Positions 40,901 to 54,046 are shown, counted from the first letter of the stretch. The stretch is DNA of 64,000 bases from Puniceicoccaceae bacterium (GCA_040830765.1 JBFOMH010000018.1:59418-123417); one strand, 5' to 3'. Program-made: numbers and translations. Notes: generated from the letters alone by a model not told the origin.

Positions 40901-41643
40901 AGGACGGGAAGCGAATCCTCGAGCAGTTGATGAAGGATGACCGCGTCCAACCGAAGGCTGCCTTTGGACTCTGGCCGGCCAACACCAATGGCCAGGTAGT
41001 GGAACTGTACAGCGACACCGATAGAAGCGAGTGTGTCGGTCGTTTCCATTTCCTCCGCCAGCAAAAGGAAAAACTGGCCCAGGAAGGCAGCCATTATTGG
41101 AGCTGCACGGACCTTGTCGCCCCAAAGGAAAGCGGTCGCATCGACTACATGGGTGCCTTTGCCGTCACCTCCGGTTCGGCTATTGAAACCATCGCCCGGG
41201 AATACGAGGAACAGAATGACGACTACTCGGCCATTCTCGTGAAAGCGATTGGCGATCGTCTGGCAGAGGCCTTTGCCGAGTACCTGCACAAGGAAGTCAG
41301 GGACCAATGGGGCTACGGGCGGGAGGAGAACCTCAGCAACGAGGAGCTCATCGCTGAGAAGTACCGTGGCATTCGCCCGGCCATGGGCTATCCTTCCGTT
41401 CCAGACCATACCGAGAAGCGGGCGCTCTTCGACTTGTTGCAGGCGGAAAAGACCGCTGGCATCGAATTGACGGAGAACTTTGCCATGCATCCGGGTGGGT
41501 CGGTTTGTGGACTCTACTTCGCCCATCCTGAGGCCAAGTATTTCAACGTCGGCCGCATCGGGCGTGACCAGCTGGAGGCCTATGCGGCGATGAAGAACGT
41601 GCCCGTGGAAGAAATGGAGCGCTGGCTGGCTCCGAACCTCTGA
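37900..41643 (+). CDS. metH: Cobalamin-dependent methionine synthase
   Basis: [50 protein letters not shown]. Confidence 0.97.
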   Translation: MIMSEVEKQLRTLLAERIVILDGAMGTQIQNYKLDEEAFRGERFEAHEKPLKGNNDILVLTSPETIAAVHTGFLEAGADIIETNTFNANSISQADYGLESVVREMNQAAAELAVQARKEYKAQHGERPIFIAGGIGPTNRTASLSPDVSNPGHRGVTFEGLREAYKEQAEGLADGGVDIFLVETIFDTLNAKAAIFALEELFADRGRRWPVMLSVTITDASGRTLSGQTLEAFWNSVSHARPLAVGINCALGAKEMAPYIDELSRIADTHVSCYPNAGLPNAFGEYDDTPEHMASVLEDFASEGWLNIVGGCCGSTPDHIAEIARQVGKHAPRKIPEIAPASRYSGLEPARIQDGDASFFIVGERTNVMGSPRFRKLIKEGDFDEALEVARQQVENGANMIDINFDEGLLDAEECMRTFLNLLAAEPDIARVPIMIDSSKWSVIEIGLQCIQGKGVVNSISLKEGEETFLKQAALIKQYGAAVVVMAFDEEGQATSINDKIRICKRAYDLLVDKAGFNPADIIFDPNILTVATGIEEHNAYALNFIEATTEIKRICPHARISGGVSNISFSFRGNNIVREAMHSVFLYHAIQAGLDMAIVNAGMLAVYEDIEPQLRDRIEDVILNRNEEATDALIAMAEGFKGQKSAERESDKLAWREGTVQERIEYAVRHGLVEFIEADTEEARQAYDRPLEVIEGPLMDAMQVVGDLFGEGKMFLPQVVKSARVMKRAVAWLTPFMEKEKAERNARLAAEAEAKGEDFNPDKESAGDIVLATVKGDVHDIGKNIVGVVLACNNYTVHDMGVMVPCERIVQKVKDVKADIVGLSGLITPSLDEMVHNAHIFAREGIDIPLLIGGATTSKAHTAVKIEPEYKGAVRHVPDASRVVGVCSRLLNPETREEAVAEARAENQKHRERYEKSRNQSVKLLSLEEASADAPTFDWDSIDVPVPEKTGLQVWDNVSVEKLVPFIDWSPFFWTWELRGVFPKILSNPKYGEEATRLHEDGKRILEQLMKDDRVQPKAAFGLWPANTNGQVVELYSDTDRSECVGRFHFLRQQKEKLAQEGSHYWSCTDLVAPKESGRIDYMGAFAVTSGSAIETIAREYEEQNDDYSAILVKAIGDRLAEAFAEYLHKEVRDQWGYGREENLSNEELIAEKYRGIRPAMGYPSVPDHTEKRALFDLLQAEKTAGIELTENFAMHPGGSVCGLYFAHPEAKYFNVGRIGRDQLEAYAAMKNVPVEEMERWLAPNL

Positions 41644-44568
41644 TCAGGCAAGGGCGTTCAGCAAAACCTCAACCGGGTGCAGGGCCTTGCGCCCGGTCCC
41701 GTCGAGTATCTGGTGACGGCAACTGGTCCCGGGAGCGACAAGGATGGTCGCTTCACCCGCCTCGCGGACGGCGGGAAACAGCACCAGTTCCCCCACCCTT
41801 TGGGACAATGCGAAGTGCTCCTTTTCATAGCCGAAGGAACCAGCCATCCCGCAGCAGCCGGATGAAATGGCATCGGCAGAATAGTGTCGTGGAAAATTCA
41901 TGACACCCATCAAGGCTTCCATACCGGCAATCGCCTTGGCATGGCAATGCCCATGCACCAATAAATGGACCTTTTGGTCGGTAAAGGACTCCATTTTGAT
42001 CCTGCCGGCCTGCATTTCCCGCCAAAGGAATTCTTCCGTGGTAAGACAATTCGGGGCCAGTTTTTCGGCATCCGCCTTCAGGGAAGAATCAACGAGGTCC
42101 GGAAATTCATCGCGGAACCCGAGGATGGCCGACGGTTCAATCCCTACAAGGGGTTCGGCCTCAGATACCAAAGGGGCGAATGTCCGCACATTGGCCTCCG
42201 CAAAGCGCTTGGCCCGCTTCAGCATGCCTTTTGAGAAAGCACTGCGACCACTCTCGAGATGCTTAACGAAGACGGGTTGATAACCCAGTTTCTCCAACAA
42301 CTGGATCGCCTGGCTACCAATGGAGGCATCGAGATAGCGGCTAAATTCATCCCGAAAGAAATAGACAATCCGGCCACCGGCAGTGGCTTCACGCGGCACA
42401 CTGAATGCCCTCCTCTGGGCGGAAGAGGCAACGTGCGGCATTGAGCGCCCGGGAGCGAATCCCAGCAGTCGCTTGATCCAGTTCCCGCTGTCCTTTTCCA
42501 TGAAGATGGCATTCCAGACAGGGGCGAACGGAGCGGCCACCCGCAGGAGGTCGGCATAGTGACCAATCATCCGAGAGCGCAGCGGAATGCCCTCAAGGTC
42601 GTAACGCTGCTGCAGCACTTCTGCCTTCATCCGGGCCACATCAACGTTGGAAGGGCATTCACTCTTGCATCCTTTGCAGGAGAGGCACAGGTCCATGACC
42701 TGCTTGAGGCCCTCGTCCTTGAATGGATCTGTCCCCGACCCGTGGGTCAGGACGAAGCGAAGCCGGTTGGCCCGGGCGCGGGTGGTGTCCTTTTCATCGC
42801 GGGTCGCCATGTAGCTCGGGCACATGGTGCCGCCCGACAGATGCGTCTTGCGGCAAGCAGCCGTGCCATTGCACATCTCCGCCGCACGCAGGAAGCCCTG
42901 CGTTGCATCCCAGCGGAACCAGGTTTGGTAGTCTTTTGTCTCCTGGCCCGGTGCATAGCGGAGGCTGGTATTCATTGGTGGGACATCGATGATTTTCCCC
43001 GGATTAAAGAGATTGTCCGGATCCCAGGCCTTCTTGACGGCGCACATCCAGCCGTAGACCTGCTCACCCACCATGGACTCGATGAACTCACCGCGTAAGC
43101 GCCCGTCTCCATGTTCTCCGCTCAGTGAGCCCCGGTACTTGCGGACAATTCCCGCTGTATCCTCCAAAACCTGGCGAAAAAGCCGGTTACCCTCCTCCGT
43201 TTTCAGGTCGAGAACCGGGCGCAAATGCAGTTCACCGGAACCGGCGTGGGCATAATGGACGCATTCGATTCCATAGGCGTCTTTCAAATGTTGAGTCAGT
43301 TCAGCGATGTATGCTGGAAGCTCGGCGGGCAGCACAGCGGTATCCTCAATGACTGGGACCGGCTTGGCATCGCCGGGGACATTCGAAAGCAGGCCCAAGC
43401 CAGCATTGCGCAACTCCCAGACCTTGGCGCAGTCCGCTCCCCGGACAACCGGATAAGCAAAGCCAAGGCCAGCTTCCTTAAAGGCTGTTTGCAGGGCAGA
43501 AACCCGCTGCTCAAGCTTGCCAGAATCGTCATCCCGCAGTTCGGTGACCAGAATCGCCTTGGGGCTTCCCTCGAGAAAAAAGCGGTAACGGCGAAACTCG
43601 AGGTTACGCTCGGTTCCCTCGAGGATGTGATGGTCCATCAGTTCGCAAGCGAATGGACCCGCCTGCAGGGATATAAGGTTGGCCTGCAAGGCCTCATCAA
43701 CGCTGTTAAAATGGGCACAGACCAAGGCTACCTGTGCAGGCGGCAATGGGGAACAGCGCAAGCGGATACGCGTGGCCAGCATGAGCGTGCCCTCCGAACC
43801 AGCAATGAGACGGGACAAGTTCAGCGGTTTTGAGGTCTCCCCTGTGAAGGGTTGCGTCTCGGCCAGCAGGTCCAGCGCATAACCGGTATTGCGGCGGGGA
43901 ATGTCAGGATGGGGAGCTCGTTCAGCCAGATGCTGGCGGTTCCCCGGATCCCCCAGGATTGCTTGCAGGCAGCGGTGGATATCCCCCTCCATCCCGGAAA
44001 GCTTACACTTGTTCGAGAAGGCGGCTGCATCCAAATCCTCAAACGTAACATACGAGCCATCGCTCAGGAAACCCTCCACAGCAACAACCTGATCCCGTAC
44101 CGACCCATAGACAATGGAGTTGGAGCCGCAGGAGTTATTACCAAGCATCCCCCCAATCATGGCCCGGTTCTGGGTGGAGGTCTCCGGACCGAAAAAGAGG
44201 CCGACCTGGGCCAATTCCATGTTCAGTTCGTTACGGATGACCCCCGGCTCGACGAGAACCGTCCGGTTTTCCTTATCGATCTCAAGGATGCGCGTCATGT
44301 GTCGTGACATGTCCACGACAATTCCGTTACCCACCACCTGACCGGCCAGGGAAGTCCCAGCGGCTCGCGGAATCAACCCCACTCGCTCTTTCCTCGCCAG
44401 AGTGATGAGCGCTTCAATGTCTTTCTCGTTCCGTGGCCAGGCTACGGCAAGCGGCAACTCCTCATAGACGGATGCATCCGTGGCATAAATCTGCCGCATG
44501 GCCGGGTCCGTTGAAAGGACTCCATCAAGGCCTGCTTGGGAAATCTTTAAATCCTGAGCTGGTTTCAT
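41644..44568 (-). CDS. FAD-linked oxidase with 4Fe-4S and CCG domains (YdiJ/D-2-hydroxyacid dehydrogenase-like)
   Basis: GTSLAGQ, GSEGTL, SGEHGDG, MCPSY, CLSCKGCKSECP, HGHCH, CCGMAG. Confidence 0.85.
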   Translation of the reverse strand: MKPAQDLKISQAGLDGVLSTDPAMRQIYATDASVYEELPLAVAWPRNEKDIEALITLARKERVGLIPRAAGTSLAGQVVGNGIVVDMSRHMTRILEIDKENRTVLVEPGVIRNELNMELAQVGLFFGPETSTQNRAMIGGMLGNNSCGSNSIVYGSVRDQVVAVEGFLSDGSYVTFEDLDAAAFSNKCKLSGMEGDIHRCLQAILGDPGNRQHLAERAPHPDIPRRNTGYALDLLAETQPFTGETSKPLNLSRLIAGSEGTLMLATRIRLRCSPLPPAQVALVCAHFNSVDEALQANLISLQAGPFACELMDHHILEGTERNLEFRRYRFFLEGSPKAILVTELRDDDSGKLEQRVSALQTAFKEAGLGFAYPVVRGADCAKVWELRNAGLGLLSNVPGDAKPVPVIEDTAVLPAELPAYIAELTQHLKDAYGIECVHYAHAGSGELHLRPVLDLKTEEGNRLFRQVLEDTAGIVRKYRGSLSGEHGDGRLRGEFIESMVGEQVYGWMCAVKKAWDPDNLFNPGKIIDVPPMNTSLRYAPGQETKDYQTWFRWDATQGFLRAAEMCNGTAACRKTHLSGGTMCPSYMATRDEKDTTRARANRLRFVLTHGSGTDPFKDEGLKQVMDLCLSCKGCKSECPSNVDVARMKAEVLQQRYDLEGIPLRSRMIGHYADLLRVAAPFAPVWNAIFMEKDSGNWIKRLLGFAPGRSMPHVASSAQRRAFSVPREATAGGRIVYFFRDEFSRYLDASIGSQAIQLLEKLGYQPVFVKHLESGRSAFSKGMLKRAKRFAEANVRTFAPLVSEAEPLVGIEPSAILGFRDEFPDLVDSSLKADAEKLAPNCLTTEEFLWREMQAGRIKMESFTDQKVHLLVHGHCHAKAIAGMEALMGVMNFPRHYSADAISSGCCGMAGSFGYEKEHFALSQRVGELVLFPAVREAGEATILVAPGTSCRHQILDGTGRKALHPVEVLLNALA

Positions 44569-44700
44569 GATAATAAGCCTTGTTACAAAAGGTCATTCCC
44601 GCACATGTCGCAACTGGATAAATCCCAACCAGGGCAAAGGCTTGCGGCTCGAATCAACAGTAAGCTGGCAATTTGTGGCAAATCGCTTACTTTTCCCACC

Positions 44701-45534
44701 ATGAGTGAAGATTTCGAACGCCTGCAGGCGATTTATGATACCGTTATTGAGTTTGCCATCCGTTACGGGTTCCAGGTCATCGGGGCCATCATTATCCTCA
44801 TCCTGGGAATTATCACCGCCCGGATAATGGCCCGGATCGTCCTGAAAGTCTGTAACCGCAGTGACATCGACGTCACCCTGACCAAGTTCTTTGTCGGGAT
44901 TGCCAAGTTACTGGTACTGGTCTTTGCCCTCGTCATTGCGATGGCTAAATTCGGGATTACCATCGCCCCGATGGTGGCAGCCATTGGTGCCGGTGCCTTC
45001 GGCTTGACCCTGGCCCTGCAAGGACCCGTCTCAAATTACGGAGCCGGCCTGGCCTTGATCCTGACCCGCCCCTTCAAGGTCGGCAACACTCTTACCCTAC
45101 ACGGGTTGACTGGCATTGTGGAAGAGATCAAGCTTGGGGCGACCATCCTCTCAACCGAAGATGGTGAGGAAATCACGATTCCCAATCGCAAGGTCCTGGG
45201 GGAAATCTTTGTTAATTCCTTCCCCTACAAGGTGGTAGAAGGTTCCATCGGAATCGCCTACTCCGCGGATCCGGACAAGGCCATTGCGCTCATCCATCAA
45301 TGCCTTGAGGGCAATGAAGCTATTTCCACCGAGTCGAAACCGCAAGTTGGCATCGAAGCCTTTGCTGATTCTTCGGTAAACATTGGTTACCGCTACTGGG
45401 TTAAGACTGAGGTATATTTCCAGACCCAGTACGCCATCAACAGTGCCATCTTCAACGCCTTCAAGGAAAACGGTGTGGCTATCCCCTTCCCTCAGCGGGA
45501 AGTCCGGTTGCTCAACGAATCCAGTCTTTCATAA
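44701..45534 (+). CDS. mscS: Small-conductance mechanosensitive channel
   Basis: Three TMs, LALQG.VSN, RPFKVG, IPN, IPFPQREV. Confidence 0.9.
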   Translation: MSEDFERLQAIYDTVIEFAIRYGFQVIGAIIILILGIITARIMARIVLKVCNRSDIDVTLTKFFVGIAKLLVLVFALVIAMAKFGITIAPMVAAIGAGAFGLTLALQGPVSNYGAGLALILTRPFKVGNTLTLHGLTGIVEEIKLGATILSTEDGEEITIPNRKVLGEIFVNSFPYKVVEGSIGIAYSADPDKAIALIHQCLEGNEAISTESKPQVGIEAFADSSVNIGYRYWVKTEVYFQTQYAINSAIFNAFKENGVAIPFPQREVRLLNESSLS

Positions 45535-46636
45535 GGGACTCCACCGCCTTGACTGGCGGAAGCTCCCCCCGGGCCACCCGACCGGAAAGCAGGTCCAGTC
45601 TTTCCTTAATCCCTTCATCGGCAAAGAACCTCCGCCGCAGGGCTTCATCGATCATTCCCCGCATCCAGTCCAGGTTTTGTTCCTGGCGGCGTTGCTGGAA
45701 AACCCCGCTGGCCTGGGTTGTCTCGCGGAAGTTTGAGATGATTTCCCAAAGCCGGGGAATTCCCTCTCCGGTCAAAGCCGAAGCCATGTAGGCTTTCGTC
45801 GTCCAGCCCTCGGTGTAAGGATGAAGAAAACTAAGGACACGATTGTACTCCGCCTTGGCCAGCCGGGCCCGCCGGACATTGTCCCCGTCCGCCTTGTTGA
45901 CGACAATGGCGTCGGCCAGTTCAATGACTCCCTTCTTGATGCCTTGCAATTCGTCGCCAGCACCGGAAATCATGACCAGCATGAAGAAGTCCACCATGGA
46001 ACGTACCGTCACCTCGCTTTGTCCGACGCCGACCGTTTCCAGAATAATCACATCAAAACCGAATGCTTCGCAGAGCAGCAGTGTCTCCCGCGTCTTGCGC
46101 GCCACGCCACCAAGGCATCCCCCAGTCGGAGATGGACGAATGTAGGCCCCGGGACAGCGCATCAGTTTCTCCATCCGGGTCTTGTCTCCAAGAATGCTTC
46201 CCTTGGTCACTGTACTGGAAGGATCCACGGCCAGCACAGCCACCTTATGACCCTGCTCACAGAGCATGGACCCGAAGGTATCAATCGTCGTGGACTTGCC
46301 GGCTCCCGGCACGCCAGTGATGCCAATGCGCAATGAATGACCCGTCTGCTCCATCAGGGAGTCCAGCAGCTGCTGGGCCTCTATCTGGTGGCTCGCGGCA
46401 TTGCTTTCCACCAGCGTGATGGCCCGGGCCAGCATCGTCCGGTTGCCGGAACGGATACCCTCGGCCAGCTCTTCCACACTCAACTGCCGACGCTTGGAAC
46501 GCGAACTACGGGACGCTGCCGGACCTTTGCCAGGCATCCCGTCATGACCGCCCTCCACGCCTTTCATGACATGGGAAGCAAACCCTTCCCCGCCATCGGA
46601 AGGCGCCCACTCCGGCAGTTTACTCTCCTCATCCAT
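45512..46636 (-). CDS. meaB: Methylmalonyl-CoA mutase-associated GTPase
   Basis: GITGVPGAGKST, AVDPSS, GDKTRM, ETVGVGQSE, GDELQGIKKG, NKAD. Confidence 0.95.
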   Translation of the reverse strand: MDEESKLPEWAPSDGGEGFASHVMKGVEGGHDGMPGKGPAASRSSRSKRRQLSVEELAEGIRSGNRTMLARAITLVESNAASHQIEAQQLLDSLMEQTGHSLRIGITGVPGAGKSTTIDTFGSMLCEQGHKVAVLAVDPSSTVTKGSILGDKTRMEKLMRCPGAYIRPSPTGGCLGGVARKTRETLLLCEAFGFDVIILETVGVGQSEVTVRSMVDFFMLVMISGAGDELQGIKKGVIELADAIVVNKADGDNVRRARLAKAEYNRVLSFLHPYTEGWTTKAYMASALTGEGIPRLWEIISNFRETTQASGVFQQRRQEQNLDWMRGMIDEALRRRFFADEGIKERLDLLSGRVARGELPPVKAVESLMKDWIR

Positions 46637-46639
46637 TCA

Positions 46640-46667
46640 AATCTTAATCTTAGCCTTAATCTTAATC

Positions 46668-46670
<3 letters not shown>
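46640..46670. repeat. Intergenic hexamer tandem repeat (AATCTT)
   Basis: AATCTT AATCTT AGCCTT AATCTT AATCTC A between the mutase stop and the meaB start; same unit as 10109-10149. Confidence 0.7.
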
Positions 46671-48845
<2,175 letters not shown>

Positions 48846-48877
48846 TTTCTAGTGACAATTAAAGTTAATGTTCCGGT

Positions 48878-51007
48878 TTACAGGGACGCGCCCATGCCTT
48901 CGAGGAGGGACGCGTTGAACTGGTAGTTATTGACCCGCACATGGACGAAGTCATCCACTCCGGCCTCGCGCCAGGCAGCCTCGTTCTCGCCGGGGGCGCC
49001 GGCCACGATGACCTTGACGGAAGAATCCCCGTCCTTGATTCCACGGGCCAGTTCCTCGACCACATTGCCGTAGGTCTCATCATCTGAGGTAATGACCGCG
49101 ACCGGGGCGCCACTTTCCGACAGGGCACTGAGGGCGGCAGCTACATCATCATAATCATCCTCGTTCTGGACCTTGAAGCCGCCGACCTGGAAGAAGGCGC
49201 TCGTCCAGTCGGCCCGGATGCGGTAACGCCGCGAAGGACCGATGTTCAATTGATGAATCAATGGTGGCTTGCCAGCAGCCTTCATGGCACGGGCCGCCAG
49301 ACGAAGTTTCTCAAACTCCTCGGCCGACCGTTGCAGGGCCAGGGGAGCTGCTTTCACGGGCGAATCGCCAAGGCCGGCAGCATTGAGCAACTCAACCAAG
49401 GTAGCTCCGGCCTTCGCGCCGGCGACCATTGCTTCAATCTGGTCGGCTCCTTCCCCGGCAGCCACTCCGGCAAGGGCGGCCTTGACCGCCTCACTGTCCC
49501 TCGCGGCCATCCATTTCTCAAAATCCGCCACTCGCTGTTCAGCGATGGCCCGGTAATCCGTTGTACCCGGCCGGAGGAGCTCCTCCCCGGCGTTCGGATA
49601 GGCGTTGGTCCCGACGATGACATCCTTGCGCCGCTGGATGTTTTTCATCTTCTGCTGGCGTACCGCTTCGATTGCCTCCTGCAACTTGCCGGATTTCAGA
49701 ACGGAGAGGATACCACCATCGGCCTCGATTTTCTGGAATTGTTTCCAAGCTTCAGCCGCCATCTGGTCTGTCAGGGTCTCCACAGCCCAAGAGCCCCCAG
49801 CGGGGTCAATGACCCTCCGCATGTCGCATTCCTCGGCCAGGATGATGTGTGTGTTTCGCGCGATGCGGCGCGAAAAGGCATCACTTTCCCGGATAAGTTC
49901 ATCGAAGTGGCCCACGTGCAGGCTGTCACATCCGCCGACAACAGCGGCAAATGCCTCGGTGGTTGTCCGCAGCATGTTCACGTAAGGATCAAAGACGGTC
50001 TTGTTCCATAGACCGGTGCGCGCATGCAGGTGGATGGAGCGCCGGTCTTCAGGAACTTCAAAAGCATCCATGATACGGCTCCAGAGCAGCCGCAGTGCCC
50101 GGAGTTTGGCGATCTCGAGAAAATAATTCCCTCCAACGGAAACGGAGAGTCGCATTCGTGACACAACCTCCTCTGGAGCAAGGCCTTCCTCAGCCATGGC
50201 CTTCAGGTAAGCCACCGCGGTGGCCAGTACGGCCGCCATTTCCTGGGTCGAATTGGCTCCGGCATTGTGGTAGGCATGGCCCTTTATATCGAGAACCTGC
50301 ATCTCCGGAACAGTCTTGGACGCATGCTTCAGAATGGCTGCCATTGATTGGTGAACATCCTCAGGCGTGCCCGGTAGTTCGCCGCTTTCAACAAGCCAGC
50401 CGAGCGGATCCAGCCCCAGGCATCCCTTCACCGATGCCATTTCCGCACCACGTTCACGCAGGGCGGCTATCAAGAGGGCATAAAGGGCCGGTGCGCTTTT
50501 TCCACCCTGCCAGTAAATGCCTGTCTCGGCCGGATTTATTCCCTCCAGCAGGACCTTCACATCGTCAAGGTTGGCAATCGAGACCCCGCAAACCCCAAGG
50601 CCGTCCTCGGTAGCGGAAATTTCGTCCTGGCCGGTCCGTGTTGGCTTGTCGAGCCATAGGTTCAATTCGGTCTGGCCTGCCTCCAGAACTTGACGGGCGA
50701 TGGCGTTGAGCTCAGACGGCGTAGGTGCACTCAGTTCCTGAGAAACCAACCATCCCGCCTTCAGGAAACCCTCAATGCGGGATCCGCGGACCAGGCTGCC
50801 CTCACCCGGCAGGCTGTCCAGGTGCGGAAGTCCGCTGCTGCCCTCGCGGGTGTAGATTGGCTGAAGGTCGAATCCTTCATAGGTCGGCGTGATCAGGGTC
50901 TTTTCAAAGGGCCGCCCCTTCAGCAGCTGGACCGCCGCCTCCTTCCACTGCTCCTCAGTGTGGGCCGGAAACTCACTTAACAAGCGGGTTTTCTCTGTCT
51001 TTTCCAT
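48878..51007 (-). CDS. mutA: Methylmalonyl-CoA mutase, small subunit
   Basis: EIAKLRA.R.LW, DPYVNMLR.T, RRIARN, DPAGGSW; lacks the DxHxxG cobalamin motif. Confidence 0.9.
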   Translation of the reverse strand: MEKTEKTRLLSEFPAHTEEQWKEAAVQLLKGRPFEKTLITPTYEGFDLQPIYTREGSSGLPHLDSLPGEGSLVRGSRIEGFLKAGWLVSQELSAPTPSELNAIARQVLEAGQTELNLWLDKPTRTGQDEISATEDGLGVCGVSIANLDDVKVLLEGINPAETGIYWQGGKSAPALYALLIAALRERGAEMASVKGCLGLDPLGWLVESGELPGTPEDVHQSMAAILKHASKTVPEMQVLDIKGHAYHNAGANSTQEMAAVLATAVAYLKAMAEEGLAPEEVVSRMRLSVSVGGNYFLEIAKLRALRLLWSRIMDAFEVPEDRRSIHLHARTGLWNKTVFDPYVNMLRTTTEAFAAVVGGCDSLHVGHFDELIRESDAFSRRIARNTHIILAEECDMRRVIDPAGGSWAVETLTDQMAAEAWKQFQKIEADGGILSVLKSGKLQEAIEAVRQQKMKNIQRRKDVIVGTNAYPNAGEELLRPGTTDYRAIAEQRVADFEKWMAARDSEAVKAALAGVAAGEGADQIEAMVAGAKAGATLVELLNAAGLGDSPVKAAPLALQRSAEEFEKLRLAARAMKAAGKPPLIHQLNIGPSRRYRIRADWTSAFFQVGGFKVQNEDDYDDVAAALSALSESGAPVAVITSDDETYGNVVEELARGIKDGDSSVKVIVAGAPGENEAAWREAGVDDFVHVRVNNYQFNASLLEGMGASL

Positions 51008-51191
51008 TCTAACTGTTGTTTTTCAATATAATGTGATTATCCAAATACAAGGCTCGGTTTACCGAGCACTAAACAGACTTTTTGATTAATTTTTCTAATA
51101 CTACAAGAATTTTCGTTAAGTTTTTTTAATTTTAAACTTGTCCTGCCCTATGATTTGAAACACAAAACACTTTAAAAAACGAAGAACAAGA
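51008..51191. promoter_or_regulatory. AT-rich divergent control region with inverted repeat GCTCGGT-TT-ACCGAGC
   Basis: Strongly AT-rich relative to the flanks; 7-bp inverted repeat at 51052-51067; lies between mutA (-) and mce (+). Confidence 0.5.
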
Positions 51192-51599
51192 ATGATTGAG
51201 CAAATAGATCACATTGGAATTGCGGTAAAGTCTCTTGAAGAGGGAGTCCGCTACTACGAGGAAACGCTTGGACTGAGGTGTGAAGCGGTGGAGGAAGTTG
51301 CTTCCCAGAAGGTGAAGACAGCCTTCTTCCACGTCGGTGAAGTCCATCTGGAGTTGCTGGAAGCGACGGATCCGGAAAGCCCGATTGCCAAATTCATCGA
51401 GCGGAACGGGGAAGGCGTGCACCACATCGCCTTCCGCACGGATAACATTTCCGGCCAACTGAAGCAGGCAGCGGATTCGGGAGCCCGGCTAATCCACGAA
51501 GTTCCCTTTGAAGGAGCGGCCAACAAGCTGGTGGCCTTCCTGCATCCGAAATCGACCCATGGGGTCCTGACTGAATTTTGCGCCGAAAAGGCCAACTAA
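51192..51599 (+). CDS. mce: Methylmalonyl-CoA epimerase
   Basis: DHIGIAV, LELLE, GEGVHHIAF, FLHPKSTHGVL.E. Confidence 0.93.
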   Translation: MIEQIDHIGIAVKSLEEGVRYYEETLGLRCEAVEEVASQKVKTAFFHVGEVHLELLEATDPESPIAKFIERNGEGVHHIAFRTDNISGQLKQAADSGARLIHEVPFEGAANKLVAFLHPKSTHGVLTEFCAEKAN

Positions 51600-51623
51600 A
51601 CCAAAAGACAGAGGTACAAGAAG

Positions 51624-53177
51624 ATGCCAATTGATCCAGCATTGTTAAAGGACCTGGAGAAACGCCGGGAAATCGCCCTCCAGGGAGGGGGCGAAGAGAA
51701 GATGATGAAGCGGAAGGGAAAAGGGATTCTCTCCGCCCGCGAACGCTTGGAAGCGCTCTTTGACGAGAACACCTTCCAGGAATTCGGCATGCATGCCCAG
51801 CATTCCTGCAAAAGTTTTGGAATGGAAAAGCGGAAAATGCCGGGTGACGGTGTGGTTACGGGGACCGGCTACATTGACGGGCGCCCGGTCGCTGCCTACT
51901 CGCACGACTTTACGGTCGGCGGCGGGGCCTTGGGCCGCATCCATGCCAAAAAAGTCTGCGACCTGATTGATTACGCCATCAAGGCAGGTATCCCGGTCAT
52001 CGGCTTCAATGATTCAGGTGGGGCACGGATCCAGGAAGGCGTCGACTCCCTCTCCGGCTACGGGCAGATATTCTTTCGCAACGTGCAGTGTTCCGGACTG
52101 GTGCCGCAAATCGCCATCATCGCCGGGCCCTGTGCCGGTGGGGCAGCCTACTCCCCCGCCCTGACGGACTTCCTCATCATGACCCGGAAGAACGCCAACA
52201 TGTTTATTTGCGGACCTCAGGTCATCCATGCGGCTACCGGGGAAAAGGCCGAACTGGAACAATTCGCCACCGCGGATGCCCATGCCAGCGTAAGCGGCAA
52301 CATCCACTTGATTGCCGAGGATGATGACCATGCCATTGAGCTGGCCCAGCACCTCATGTCCTATTTGCCGCTGAACAATATTGATGATGCCCCGCACCAT
52401 CCGCGGGAGACGCTCAGCCTGGATGACATTGATACCTTCAACAAGATCATCCCCGCCGATCCGAAAGCGGCCTTTGACGTCAAGGACGTCATCGATGTTC
52501 TCGCCGACGAGGACAGCTTCTTCGAAATCATGCCTGATTTCGCACAGAACCTGGTAACCGGTTTTGCCCGCATTGACGGGATTGTTGTCGGGATCGTCGC
52601 CAACCAGCCGAAGGTCAAGGCCGGGTGCCTCGATATTGATGCTTCGGACAAGGGAGCGCGGTTTGTCCGCGTGTGCAACATCTACTCGATACCGCTGGTC
52701 ACCCTGGTCGACGTCCCTGGATTCTTCCCCGGCCTTTCCCAGGAGCGGGGCGGGATCATCCGCCACGGGGCCAAGATGCTCTTCGGCTACGCAGCCTCCA
52801 CGGTGCCGAAAATAACGGTCATCCTTCGCAAGGCCTATGGTGGCGCCTACCTGGCGATGTGCAGTTCCGACCTCGGAGCAGACCTCGTCTTCGCCTGGCC
52901 GACGGCTGAAATCGCGGTCATGGGCGCTGAAGGCGCGGTCAATATTGTCTTCGGAAAGGAACTCAAGGAATCCGAGGATCCGGCCAAGAGGCGGGCGGAA
53001 CTGATCGAGTCCTACCGGGACGAATTCGCCTCCCCTTACCAGGCCGCGGCCAACGCGCTCATCACCGATGTCATTGAGCCAGCCCACACCCGGAGCGCGG
53101 TTTCCCTCGGCTTGCGGACCCTGCTTTCGAAGCGGGAAACGCGCCCACCGAAAAAACATGGCAATATTCCGCTTTAA
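51624..53177 (+). CDS. mmdA: Methylmalonyl-CoA decarboxylase alpha (carboxyltransferase) subunit
   Basis: GDGVVTG, DSGGARIQEG, GPCAGGA.YSPA, DVPGF.PG, RKAYGGAY, KKHGNIPL; context. Confidence 0.85.
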   Translation: MPIDPALLKDLEKRREIALQGGGEEKMMKRKGKGILSARERLEALFDENTFQEFGMHAQHSCKSFGMEKRKMPGDGVVTGTGYIDGRPVAAYSHDFTVGGGALGRIHAKKVCDLIDYAIKAGIPVIGFNDSGGARIQEGVDSLSGYGQIFFRNVQCSGLVPQIAIIAGPCAGGAAYSPALTDFLIMTRKNANMFICGPQVIHAATGEKAELEQFATADAHASVSGNIHLIAEDDDHAIELAQHLMSYLPLNNIDDAPHHPRETLSLDDIDTFNKIIPADPKAAFDVKDVIDVLADEDSFFEIMPDFAQNLVTGFARIDGIVVGIVANQPKVKAGCLDIDASDKGARFVRVCNIYSIPLVTLVDVPGFFPGLSQERGGIIRHGAKMLFGYAASTVPKITVILRKAYGGAYLAMCSSDLGADLVFAWPTAEIAVMGAEGAVNIVFGKELKESEDPAKRRAELIESYRDEFASPYQAAANALITDVIEPAHTRSAVSLGLRTLLSKRETRPPKKHGNIPL

Positions 53178-53207
53178 CTTAACGGATTCTTCGGTACAAC
53201 TGACAAC

Positions 53208-53606
53208 ATGTCCATTGCATCAGCCAGTCCGTTCGTCACTTCGCTGGAACACATAACTGGATTCCTGGTTGTCCTCTTCGCCCTGACCCTTCTCTGGGCA
53301 ATCACCGCTATCCTCGGCAAAGTCTTCTCCCGTATGGAAGGGCTGACTCCGGCGGGTAAAGAGACCATCGGATTGGAACCAGAGGAAGAGCCCGAACCTG
53401 AACCGGCACCAGAGCCGGTTGCCGCACCGGCGCCGGTCGGGATGGGAGCGGGAGGGCCCAGTGATGAGGAAGTGGTAGCCATAACGGCAGTGGTGTCCGC
53501 CCTCATGGGCCGGCGCTCACGCATTGTGTCCATTCGCTCAGGTGGCGCCAAGGACTGGAACCGGGAAGGCCGGAGAGAGCACTTTGCATCCCACCGCATC
53601 CGCTGA
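53208..53606 (+). CDS. Na+-translocating decarboxylase delta/OadG-type subunit
   Basis: Single N-terminal TM (G..VV...L), Pro/Glu linker, EVVAITAVV, W...GR. Confidence 0.8.
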   Translation: MSIASASPFVTSLEHITGFLVVLFALTLLWAITAILGKVFSRMEGLTPAGKETIGLEPEEEPEPEPAPEPVAAPAPVGMGAGGPSDEEVVAITAVVSALMGRRSRIVSIRSGGAKDWNREGRREHFASHRIR

Positions 53607-53640
53607 TCCGAAAGAACCTGATTTAGAAACTTATTCGAAA

Positions 53641-54027
53641 ATGAAAAAGCAATTCCGTATCACATTGAACGGCAAGACCTACGAGGTTATTGCCGAAGTC
53701 ATGGGCGAGGAACCACCGGCAGCGGCAGGGTCGTCGACCGGACGGCGTTCCGCCCGCTCGGCAGGAGCTGCAGCGGTAGCAACTGCACCGGCACCAAAGC
53801 CCGTGGCAGCCGCTGGAGGCGGAGTCCCCAGTCCGCTGGCTGGCAAAGTGGTTTCCATTGACGTGGCCGTGGGGGACGAGGTACAGGCTGGCCAGCAGGT
53901 CATCACCCTGGAGGCCATGAAGATGAACACCGTGGTCAGTGCACCGGCAGGAGGCGCCGTCAGTGCGATCCATGTTTCAGCTGGCGACTCCGTCGAGGAA
54001 GGCCAGGCCCTCATGACCATCGAATAA
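53641..54027 (+). CDS. Biotin carboxyl carrier subunit of the decarboxylase
   Basis: [10 protein letters not shown], Ala/Pro linker, EAMKM biotinylation motif. Confidence 0.9.
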   Translation: MKKQFRITLNGKTYEVIAEVMGEEPPAAAGSSTGRRSARSAGAAAVATAPAPKPVAAAGGGVPSPLAGKVVSIDVAVGDEVQAGQQVITLEAMKMNTVVSAPAGGAVSAIHVSAGDSVEEGQALMTIE

Positions 54028-54046
54028 ACCTTTTACCCCGAAAATC

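Noticed and set aside
52014..53159. 381-aa minus-strand ORF
   Set aside because: Antisense shadow of the carboxyltransferase.
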